DNA of 64,000 nucleotides from an uncultured Collinsella sp. (lineage in GTDB: Bacteria; Actinomycetota; Coriobacteriia; Coriobacteriales; Coriobacteriaceae): positions 5,193 to 69,192 of the forward strand of contig CAUDCB010000001.1 in the NCBI GenBank assembly GCA_958447915.1, read 5' to 3'. Position numbers and translations under genes: made by a program. The notes beneath the pieces were generated by a model. The model searched no databases. It worked only from the letters and a program-made list of their open reading frames with translations, and had not been told where the DNA came from. Below are positions 51,742-60,683 of the stretch, piece after piece; position 1 is the stretch's first letter; every line of letters begins with the position of its first letter.

Positions 51742-51939
51742 TCGCTCTCCCTTGGTCGCATGAACGTTGTCGGCGCCCATAATGCGGCCGAGGGGCAACT
51801 GGTGTAGACCAGATACGGCGTTGTTAAACGCGACGTTGTCGAATGGAAACGGTGCCGCAATCTTGGAAACGGCGCGGCAACGGGCGCGAAACGAACGGGA
51901 AATAAGCGAGCAAGGGGGCCGTGAGTGCACCCGTCCCGA

Positions 51940-52959
51940 CTAGCGCCGGAACAGCTCGTGGGCGCGGTCGCGGAGATTAGTTGCTCGAATGACACCTTCG
52001 TAGCGGTTGATGCGCAGGCGCGGGAAGGCATTGAAGAAACGCAGGTCGCGGCGGCTGAGTGACACACTCGGCACCGGACGGCTCATGCGCCTACCGGCAC
52101 GGAGACGGGCGAGCGACGGATGAGGCACGCTCGGCGCGGCATCGGCCACACGGCGGGCGGCAAGCGCCAGGCCGCGAGCACCATCCGCGATAAACGTCGG
52201 CATCGAAGCCTTCTCGCGCAGGGCATCGAGCGCGGCGTCACCCAGCTCGGCCAGCCACGCGTTAACGGCACGGCTACGGATGTGCGTCTGTGCCACCGAG
52301 TCAATCGTAGAATCGGGAATACGTTCGAGCATTGAATCCGAGGCATCGGCAAGCGACTCGTTGATGCGGTCGGCAAGGTCGGCGCGCACGCGCTCCAGCT
52401 GATCGGACAGACGCCGCCAGCTCGTCAACGAGCACACCGCGTCAACCATCATCGCGACCGCGACGATAAAGGCGGACAACCGCACAATCAGCACCGGCAG
52501 ATGGCCAAGCAGCCCCAGCAATGCCGGCTCCACTAAGCGGCAAATACACAACGCACCCAAGCCAAACGCGCAGGCCCAGTACAGACAGATGCGTCCGTGC
52601 AAATTAAACGGCAGGTGCGAGTAATCCCAAAAGCGCGCGCCTGTTGTTTTTTCCAACAGCACACCAACACTGTATTCGATCACGCTGCATACGAGCGCTG
52701 CAGCGACAAACTGGCTCGAGGCATCCGGAATCCCGCGCAGCAGCAGCCAGCAGGCAATGCCGCCCGCGCCATAGATGGGGCAGCACGGCCCCAGCAAAAA
52801 GCCACTGTTGGCAAATCGTCCGTGATTGAGCATGGCGCATACTGTCGACTCCCATGCCCAACCGCAAAACCCGTAAAAGGCAAACGAGAGCACCAGTGCC
52901 GAGAGCGGACAGGCGGCAAGCGTCGCGCCGCCAAACGCCATATCAATCGCGGTCCCCAC
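51940..52959 (-). CDS. Putative ABC-2/CmpB-type permease (DUF1113-like)
   Basis: GWAWE, GFLLGPCCPIYG, FWDYSHLPFNLHGRICL. Confidence 0.8.
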   Translation of the reverse strand: MGTAIDMAFGGATLAACPLSALVLSFAFYGFCGWAWESTVCAMLNHGRFANSGFLLGPCCPIYGAGGIACWLLLRGIPDASSQFVAAALVCSVIEYSVGVLLEKTTGARFWDYSHLPFNLHGRICLYWACAFGLGALCICRLVEPALLGLLGHLPVLIVRLSAFIVAVAMMVDAVCSLTSWRRLSDQLERVRADLADRINESLADASDSMLERIPDSTIDSVAQTHIRSRAVNAWLAELGDAALDALREKASMPTFIADGARGLALAARRVADAAPSVPHPSLARLRAGRRMSRPVPSVSLSRRDLRFFNAFPRLRINRYEGVIRATNLRDRAHELFRR

Positions 52960-52962
52960 CGT

Positions 52963-53520
52963 CTACCCCCTCCTCTTTTCGCTCGAATCTTTGCTCGAGC
53001 CGTCACTCGAGCCCTCGTTCAAATCGTTCGCGCCGCCTTTGCGCGGCAGACGGCCGGCGACCGTCTCGCGCAGCGCGCACCACTTATCGGCCAGGCATAC
53101 AATCCATGCCTCACGACACGTCGGCGGCACCGGCACCAGCGGAAACATATGCCGCACGATAATATTCCGCTCGCGCGGCGTCAGCTCAAAATCTTCCTCG
53201 GCACGCGCCAGGGCAAAAAATGGATGCCGAAATCCGTGCAGTCGATGGCTCGGGTCGGGGTCGTGCCAATCGTAGAGAAAGTAGTCGTGTAACAGGGCTC
53301 CGCGCAGCAGCGAGACGCGATCGACCGAGACACCGACGCGGCCCAGGTGCTCGGCAAAGGACAGACTTGCCCGCGCCACCGAGGTCACATGCGCATACAC
53401 CGTCACATCGCCATGCTGGATAAACTCGCGCGTCAGGTCCAGGCGGCCCGCCTGTGCCAGTTGACGGGCAGCATGGTCTACTTCGCACGCGATTTTCTCG
53501 GCGCGAACGACATCGGACAT
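52963..53520 (-). CDS. HD-domain phosphohydrolase
   Basis: QHG...H, ALLHDYFLYDWH, HGFRHP, HMFP, ADK; AAGGAG RBS. Confidence 0.85.
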   Translation of the reverse strand: MSDVVRAEKIACEVDHAARQLAQAGRLDLTREFIQHGDVTVYAHVTSVARASLSFAEHLGRVGVSVDRVSLLRGALLHDYFLYDWHDPDPSHRLHGFRHPFFALARAEEDFELTPRERNIIVRHMFPLVPVPPTCREAWIVCLADKWCALRETVAGRLPRKGGANDLNEGSSDGSSKDSSEKRRG

Positions 53521-53748
53521 GCTGTCTCCTTCCAGCGACTCACGGCGACAAGCCACGGCCTGTGCACAATCGATAAAAACATCATGGAACACATCAGTAT
53601 GGCATCGGACAAAACGTTTTGCCCCACCAGTTGGCGAATTACCGCGCCGCCGTCACATATCAAACGCCAAAATGTGCGAGACTGTCTTGTGCAATTGTGC
53701 CGGCCGAGGGAGTGCCGGCGCACGATTCGCATGGAGTAACCCACAACG

Positions 53749-55530
53749 ATGCTGCTTACGCAAACGACAACGCCCGAGGACGTCAAGGCTCTCGACCGCG
53801 CCGAGCTTCCGCTGCTCTGCGGCGAGATCCGTCAGGCAATCCTCGAAAGCTCCGCCGCCGTCGGCGGGCACGTTGCCCCCAACCTGGGCGTCGTTGAGCT
53901 CACGGTTGCGCTTCATCGCGTGTTTAACTCCCCCATCGACAAGATTGTCTTTGATGTTTCGCACCAGACCTACGCCCACAAGGCGCTGACTGGGCGCGCG
54001 TACACTTATATCGATCCGGAGCGTTATGGTGAGGCTTCTGGCTTTGCCAATCCCGGCGAGTCCGAGCACGACCTGTTCGCCATGGGCCACACCTCCACGT
54101 CGGTGAGCCTGGGCTGCGGCCTGGCGCACGCTCGTGACCTGGCGGGGGATACATACAACGTCATCACCATCATTGGCGACGGCTCGCTTTCGGGCGGCCT
54201 GGCGTTTGAGGGCTTTAACAATGCCGCCGATCTCGACAGCAACCTGATCATCATCGTCAACGATAACGACCAGTCCATTGCCGAGAACCACGGTGGCTTG
54301 TATCGCAATCTGGCCGAGCTGCGCGCCAGCAACGGCACCTGTGAGCGCAATGTTTTCCGCGCGATGGGGCTCGACTACCGCTATCTGGACGCCGGTAACG
54401 ACGTGTTGGCCCTCGTCGACGCGCTGCAGGAACTGCGCAATATCGATCATCCCATCGTGCTGCACGTCTCCACCGCCAAGGGCAAGGGTTTTGAGCCGGC
54501 GCAAAGTGACCCCGAGCGCTGGCATCACGTGGGTCCGTTTGACATGGCAACTGGGCGCAAGCTCTGCCCGGGCCATCCGAGCGAGCCTGCGCCGCGCACC
54601 TATGCCGACATTACGGGCGAGGCGCTCAGCGCCGCCATCGAGCGCGATCCGCAGGTCGTGGGCATCACGGCCGCCACGCCCTACATCATGGGCTTTACAC
54701 CCGAGCTTCGCGCTGCCGCCGGCAAACAGTTCGTCGATGTGGGCATTGCCGAGGAGCATGCCGTAACCTTTGCCACCGCACTTGCGCGCTCGGGCGCCAA
54801 GCCAGTCTTTGGTGTGTACGGCACGTTTTTGCAGCGCGCCTACGACGAGCTGTGGCACGACCTGTGCCTCAACGACGCCCCCGCAACCATCCTGGTGTTT
54901 GGTGCGTCGATCTTTGGCACCACGTCCGAGACGCACCTCTCGTTCTTTGATATTTCCATGCTGGGCGGTCTTCCCAACATGCACTACTTGGCGCCGGCCT
55001 GCATGGAGGAATATCTGTCCATGCTGAGCTGGTTGCTCGACCACCGCGAGCATCCCGTGGCGATCCGCGTACCGGGCATTGGCCTGGTTAGCCGCCCCGA
55101 TCTGGCGCCTGCCGAGGACGCCGACTACAGCGCCGTTCGCTACAACATGGTGCGCCGGGGCCGCGATGTGGCCGTGCTCGCGCTTGGCGATTTCTTTGAG
55201 CTGGGCGAGCGCGTGGCAAACCGCTTGGCCGCCGAGTACGGCATCGAGGCCACACTCGTCAACCCGCGCTTTGCAACCGAGCTCGACCGCGAGTTCCTCG
55301 ACAGCCTTGCCGCCGAGCATCGCGTTGTCGTCACCCTCGAGGACGGCATCTTGGACGGCGGCTGGGGCGAGCGCGTGGCGTGCTATCTGGCATGCACGCC
55401 GTTGCGCACGCGCACCTTCGGCATCGCCAAGGGCTTCCCCGACCGCTACGACCCCAACGAACTGCTCGCGCAGAACGGCATGACGGTCGAGAACATGGCC
55501 GCCGAAGCCGCAAGGCTACTGAACGAGTAA
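53749..55530 (+). CDS. dxs: 1-deoxy-D-xylulose-5-phosphate synthase
   Basis: GGHVAPNLGVVELT, FDVSHQTY, GHTSTS, GDGSLSGG...NDN, DVGIAEEHA, FLQRAYD. Confidence 0.93.
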   Translation: MLLTQTTTPEDVKALDRAELPLLCGEIRQAILESSAAVGGHVAPNLGVVELTVALHRVFNSPIDKIVFDVSHQTYAHKALTGRAYTYIDPERYGEASGFANPGESEHDLFAMGHTSTSVSLGCGLAHARDLAGDTYNVITIIGDGSLSGGLAFEGFNNAADLDSNLIIIVNDNDQSIAENHGGLYRNLAELRASNGTCERNVFRAMGLDYRYLDAGNDVLALVDALQELRNIDHPIVLHVSTAKGKGFEPAQSDPERWHHVGPFDMATGRKLCPGHPSEPAPRTYADITGEALSAAIERDPQVVGITAATPYIMGFTPELRAAAGKQFVDVGIAEEHAVTFATALARSGAKPVFGVYGTFLQRAYDELWHDLCLNDAPATILVFGASIFGTTSETHLSFFDISMLGGLPNMHYLAPACMEEYLSMLSWLLDHREHPVAIRVPGIGLVSRPDLAPAEDADYSAVRYNMVRRGRDVAVLALGDFFELGERVANRLAAEYGIEATLVNPRFATELDREFLDSLAAEHRVVVTLEDGILDGGWGERVACYLACTPLRTRTFGIAKGFPDRYDPNELLAQNGMTVENMAAEAARLLNE

Positions 55531-55568
55531 AAAACCTCCGCAAGGGAAGCACCCCTGCGGAGGTTTTA
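55531..55568 (+). terminator. Intrinsic terminator after dxs
   Basis: aaaacctccgca...tgcggaggtttt. Confidence 0.75.
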
Positions 55569-55586
55569 ATTTTCGCGGCGCGATTA

Positions 55587-55721
55587 TCTCAATCTGTAAC
55601 ATCTATGGCCCGAATTCCCGTCTAACTGTTACAGATCGAGACATTCGAATTCCCCTAAGGAGATAATCTCAATCTGTAACAGTTACTCGGCAAAAATGGC
55701 TGCAGATGTTACAGATTGAGA
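55587..55721. repeat. Array of four 15-bp motifs, 40-bp period, alternating orientation
   Basis: TCTCAATCTGTAACA at 55587 and 55667; TGTTACAGATYGAGA at 55627 and 55707; three 25-bp spacers. Confidence 0.92.
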
Positions 55722-55840
55722 CAAAACAGTAAGGCATGCCGTTGCATCGGTCAAAACCACCACGAAGGTGCCTGTGAACCTGTCCTTTTTTGGTAGGTAG
55801 AATAACCCATAAGGTAAGTATGTTTCTGAGTTATTTCGTG

Positions 55841-55870
55841 TTGACCCATTTGAGCGCGATAGGGTATAAC
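55841..55870 (+). promoter_or_regulatory. Sigma-70-type promoter of the amino-acid ABC operon
   Basis: TTGACC-18 nt-TATAAC. Confidence 0.7.
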
Positions 55871-55913
55871 TCTACTCAACCGCTAGGGATTTTATTGAGA
55901 AAGGTGTTCTACC

Positions 55914-56909
55914 ATGAGCAAAAACCTCTCCCAGCAGGTCGTTCTCGACCGCCGCGGCTTTGTCGCCGCCACCTTCGCAACCGTCGCCGGCCTTGGTCTT
56001 GCCGGCTGCTCCGACACTAGCGCCGAGGCCGACAAGGGTTCCGCCGCCGGCTCCTCCAAGAGCCCCAATGATACCGAGGCTTCCACCACGCTCGACGCCA
56101 AGGCGTTCGACAAGCTCGTCGACAACGGCCCCAAGGCCGATAACGACGCCATCGCCGCCAGCACCTGGGCCACGGCCGTCAAGGACGCCGGCGTTTTTAA
56201 GATCGGTGGCGTTCAGACCTCCACGCTTTTCTCCCTCCTCAACGAGATAGACGGTCAGACCCGTGGCTTCGATGCCGGCGTCGCGCAGCTTCTGTCCAAC
56301 TACATCCTGGGCGAGAACAAGGTCGAGATCACCCAGGTGACCTCGGACACGCGCGAGTCCGTCCTGCAGAACGGCCAGGTCGACGCCGTCTTTGCCACCT
56401 ACACCATCACTGACGAGCGCAAGAAGCTCGTCTCCTTTGCCGGTCCCTACTACTACACCCAGCAGGCCATCCTGGTGCTCGCCGACAACGACGACATCAA
56501 GAGCGTCGACGACCTGGCCGACAAGAACGTCGCCGTCCAGTCCGGCTCCAACGGCCCCGCCATCCTGGAGGAGTTCGCTCCCAAGGCCAGCCAGCAGGAG
56601 TTCAAGACCGACGAGGAGGCCCGCCAGGCACTCCAGCAGGGCCGCGTTGACGCCTACGTCATCGATAACAACATGCAGCAGAGCGCCCTGGTCCGCGAGC
56701 CCGGCAAGTACAAGATCGCCGGCAAGCCCTTCGGCAGCAAGGAGCCCTATGGCATCGGCCTGCCGCTCGATTCCGACGGTGTCGCCTTTGTCAACGACTT
56801 CCTCAAGAAGATCGAGGACGACGGCACCTGGACCGAGCTGTGGCAGATCTGCATCGGCGACCGCACGGGCGACACCAACGTTCCCGAGCTGCCCGAGGTC
56901 GGCGCCTAG
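55914..56909 (+). CDS. Polar amino-acid (Glu/Gln-type) ABC substrate-binding lipoprotein
   Basis: DRRGF twin-arginine-like signal, LAGC lipobox, GFDA, TYTITDERKK, FAGPYY, EPYGIGL. Confidence 0.9.
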   Translation: MSKNLSQQVVLDRRGFVAATFATVAGLGLAGCSDTSAEADKGSAAGSSKSPNDTEASTTLDAKAFDKLVDNGPKADNDAIAASTWATAVKDAGVFKIGGVQTSTLFSLLNEIDGQTRGFDAGVAQLLSNYILGENKVEITQVTSDTRESVLQNGQVDAVFATYTITDERKKLVSFAGPYYYTQQAILVLADNDDIKSVDDLADKNVAVQSGSNGPAILEEFAPKASQQEFKTDEEARQALQQGRVDAYVIDNNMQQSALVREPGKYKIAGKPFGSKEPYGIGLPLDSDGVAFVNDFLKKIEDDGTWTELWQICIGDRTGDTNVPELPEVGA

Positions 56910-57047
56910 GTAATACGCCTAGTAACGGCCGCTACGAAACCATATGGAAACGCATGATGCGCTTTATTGCGGTAAACTGTTTCCTCACTGAGTTGTCAGG
57001 GCTTCCGTACACACGGGAGCCCCTTTCCTTATCGGCGGGAGGTCCGC

Positions 57048-57707
57048 ATGAGTCTCTCCGAGCTCTGGTCGCTCTATGGCCAGAACTATATCGACGCCCT
57101 GCTAGCAACCTGGGGCATGACGCTTGAGTCGTTTGCCATCGGCATGGTGCTGGCCGTCGCTGTCACCGTGATGCGCGTGTCGCCGCTCAAGCCGCTGCGC
57201 GTCTTTGGCGACCTGTATGTCCAGGTCTTCCGTAACATCCCCGGCATCGCGCTACTCATCATCGTCGTCTATGCGCTGCCGCCGCTCAAGGTCGTCCTGC
57301 CCTACCGCACCTGCGTCATCGTCGCCACAGTGCTCTTGGGTTCTGCCTTTGGCTCCGAGAACTTTATGAGCGGCATCAACACCGTCGGTGTCGGCCAAGT
57401 GGAAGCCGCCCGCTCGCTGGGCATGAGCTTCAGCCGTATCCTCGCCAAGATCGTGATTCCGCAGGCGCTGCGCTCGAGCGTGCTGCCCATGACCAACCTC
57501 TTTATCGCCGTCATGCTCACCACCGCGCTCGGCAGTCAGGTACCGCTTAAGCCGCAGGAGCTCACCGGCGTGGTGAGCTACATCAACACGCGCTCGCTCG
57601 GCGGCGTCGCCGCGTTCTTTATCTCGGCACTCGGCTACCTGGGCACGGCCTTTGTGGTGAGCCACATTGGCAACTATATCGATAAGAAGGTGAGGATCCT
57701 CCGATGA
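57048..57707 (+). CDS. Amino-acid ABC permease
   Basis: FRNIP, GQVEAARSLG EAA motif, PQA. Confidence 0.92.
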   Translation: MSLSELWSLYGQNYIDALLATWGMTLESFAIGMVLAVAVTVMRVSPLKPLRVFGDLYVQVFRNIPGIALLIIVVYALPPLKVVLPYRTCVIVATVLLGSAFGSENFMSGINTVGVGQVEAARSLGMSFSRILAKIVIPQALRSSVLPMTNLFIAVMLTTALGSQVPLKPQELTGVVSYINTRSLGGVAAFFISALGYLGTAFVVSHIGNYIDKKVRILR

Positions 57708-58537
57708 GCAAACATTCCTCCCCTGCACTTACCATGCGCGATGCGCTCTACGAGGCTCCCGGCCCCAAGATGCGTGCCAAGATTCGCGTCGGCACCGCCA
57801 TCTCACTTGTTGCCGTGGCCGCGCTCATCGCTCTGGTACTGCAGCGCTTTTACGTGACCGGCCAGCTTTCGGTCCATTACTGGTACTTCTTTACGCACCT
57901 CACCACCTGGAAGTTCCTGCTTGCCGGTTTTGAGGGCACCGTTAAAGTCGCACTCACCGCCGGCGTCATTGCGCTGGTACTGGGCTTAGCCCTTATGCTC
58001 GGCCGCACGAGCGGCATCAAGCCGTTGCAGCTGGTCTGCCGCGTGCTCACCGATTTCTTCCGTGGCGTGCCGAGCCTTCTGTTCATCTACTTCTTCTTTT
58101 TGGTGCTGCCCCAGTACAAGATCGCACTGCCGTCGTTTTGGATGCTCACGCTTCCCGTCGCGCTCGCTGCGGCCGGCGTACTGGCCGAGATCTTCCGTGC
58201 CGGCGTCAACGCCGTGCCGCGCGGTCAGGTCGAGGCCGCCCAGGCACTCGGTCTCTCCAAGGCTAAAATCACCTTTAAAATCGTGTTGCCGCAGGCTATC
58301 CGATTTATCATTCCGTCGTTGATTTCGCAGCTCGTGGTCGTAGTCAAAGACACCACCGTCGCCTACGTGGTGAGTTACCCCGACCTCATGCAAAATGCCC
58401 GCGTGCTCATTACCAACTACGACGCGCTCGTATCGGTCTATCTGGTGATCGCGGTCATCTACATCCTCATCAACGTCGCGATCAACAAGGCCGCTGTCTA
58501 CGTCTCGCACAAGACCGGCGCGACCATCATCCGCTAA
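57704..58537 (+). CDS. Amino-acid ABC permease
   Basis: FRGVP, AEIFRAG, GQVEAAQALG, KDTT. Confidence 0.92.
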   Translation: MSKHSSPALTMRDALYEAPGPKMRAKIRVGTAISLVAVAALIALVLQRFYVTGQLSVHYWYFFTHLTTWKFLLAGFEGTVKVALTAGVIALVLGLALMLGRTSGIKPLQLVCRVLTDFFRGVPSLLFIYFFFLVLPQYKIALPSFWMLTLPVALAAAGVLAEIFRAGVNAVPRGQVEAAQALGLSKAKITFKIVLPQAIRFIIPSLISQLVVVVKDTTVAYVVSYPDLMQNARVLITNYDALVSVYLVIAVIYILINVAINKAAVYVSHKTGATIIR

Positions 58538-58573
58538 CGCTTTACCATTTCGAGTCATAAGGAGCCGAGCACC

Positions 58574-59338
<765 letters not shown>

Positions 59339-59348
59339 CCCAATTGCC

Positions 59349-60200
59349 ATGTTCGCTCGCCATGACCATCCAAACTCGAAAGCAGCACCTATGATCGGAA
59401 CTCGCACTTCATCGTCCTACACCCCGCATGTCAACGTCGACCCCGCCGACCGCCCACTCATCCTCGTCGCGCCGCGTTGGGAAGAGGCAAAGCCGTTTTT
59501 GAGCGAGACGCTCTCCCCCAACGAGGAAATCGCAAGTGTCTTTGTCGATGCCATTCTTGCCGCCGGCGGCCTGCCGCTGCAGATGTCCATCACCGAGGAC
59601 ATTGAGGTTATCCGTCATTACGTCGACATCGCCGACGGCATCGCTATTCCCGGCGGCCCGGACGTCAACCCCAAGCGCTGGGGCGACGAGCGCCCCTACG
59701 ACCCCACACTGTGCTGCGAGATTCGCGACCGTTTTGAGTTTAAGCTGGTTAACGAGGTGCTCCGCGCCAAAAAGCCACTCTTTACCACCTGCCGCGGCAC
59801 GCAGCTGCTCAATGTCGCCACCGGCGGCACCCTGTGCATGGACGTGCCGAGCCTGGGCGCGCGCGAGGGCCGCACGCAGTGGCGCCATACCCACGTGCTC
59901 AACGACCCTGTGCATCCTGTCGAGGTCGTGCCGGGCTCGCTGCTGGAGCGCGCGGTTGGCGGGCACAGGCTGATCCAGACCAACTCGGCACATCACTGCT
60001 GCGTCGATCGTCTGGGCAAGAGCACGCGTTTGGTCGCCAAGGCAACCGACGGCGTTCCCGAGTGCATCGAGGTCGAAGGCCAACCATTCTGCTTGGGCGT
60101 GCAATGGCACCCTGAGTACACGTGGAAGACGCTCGAGACCGACTTTAACCTGTGGAAGTCGTTTGTCGAGGCAGCGGCCAAGGTAAAGCAGGCCCGTTAG
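59349..60200 (+). CDS. Gamma-glutamyl-gamma-aminobutyrate hydrolase family (peptidase C26, PuuD-like); start uncertain
   Basis: PGGPDVNP, TCRGTQLLNVATGGTL catalytic Cys, NSAHH, GVQWHPE. Confidence 0.88.
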   Translation: MFARHDHPNSKAAPMIGTRTSSSYTPHVNVDPADRPLILVAPRWEEAKPFLSETLSPNEEIASVFVDAILAAGGLPLQMSITEDIEVIRHYVDIADGIAIPGGPDVNPKRWGDERPYDPTLCCEIRDRFEFKLVNEVLRAKKPLFTTCRGTQLLNVATGGTLCMDVPSLGAREGRTQWRHTHVLNDPVHPVEVVPGSLLERAVGGHRLIQTNSAHHCCVDRLGKSTRLVAKATDGVPECIEVEGQPFCLGVQWHPEYTWKTLETDFNLWKSFVEAAAKVKQAR

Positions 60201-60303
60201 TTCACGGACGGCACAACAGATGAGGGCGCCCCGCCGGCCACATGGTCCGACGGGGCGCCCTTTTGCCTGTACGTGGCCGGCACACACCAAGGCTCGCAAG
60301 CCC

Positions 60304-60660
60304 TTATTCAGCCGCCTCGCGCAGGGCCGACATTGTGGCCGCATATTGCTGCTGCAGCGCATGCATTCCCTCATGAGCGCCGTCAACGGCATCGGCACTG
60401 CGCAGCGCTTCGGTCACCACGACCGCCGGCTCGTACAGATTATCGAATCCCAGGTTCTGGCTCACGCCCTTGAGCGTGTGCGCCGCCATAAACGCTTCCT
60501 TGGCGTCTCCTGCCGCCATGGCAGCCTCCAGCTTGTCCATGCTCTCATCATCCAAAAACTTGAGGGCAAAGCGGGCAAGCATCTCCTCGCCCATCAGCCG
60601 AGTGCAAGCGTCATCATAATTGGCGCCGATCTTCTCATACGCCTCACGCATGGAAATCAT
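60304..60660 (-). CDS. Stand-alone Hpt phosphotransfer domain protein
   Basis: AAHTLKGVSQNLG Hpt signature. Confidence 0.88.
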   Translation of the reverse strand: MISMREAYEKIGANYDDACTRLMGEEMLARFALKFLDDESMDKLEAAMAAGDAKEAFMAAHTLKGVSQNLGFDNLYEPAVVVTEALRSADAVDGAHEGMHALQQQYAATMSALREAAE

Positions 60661-60683
60661 GGGTTAAAACTCCTTTTGTCAAA

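Noticed and set aside
51812..51842. ANTAR dual-hairpin motif in the amtB leader
   Set aside because: One ACAACGCCGT hexaloop fits on the minus strand, but the partner stem is mismatched; too weak to call
55587..55721. CRISPR array
   Set aside because: Repeats are 15 bp, alternate in orientation, spacers are related to each other, and no cas gene is present
55587..55721. Firmicutes GlnR/TnrA box (TGTNA-N7-TNACA)
   Set aside because: TGTAACA/TGTTACA cores are present but not at the 7-nt spacing
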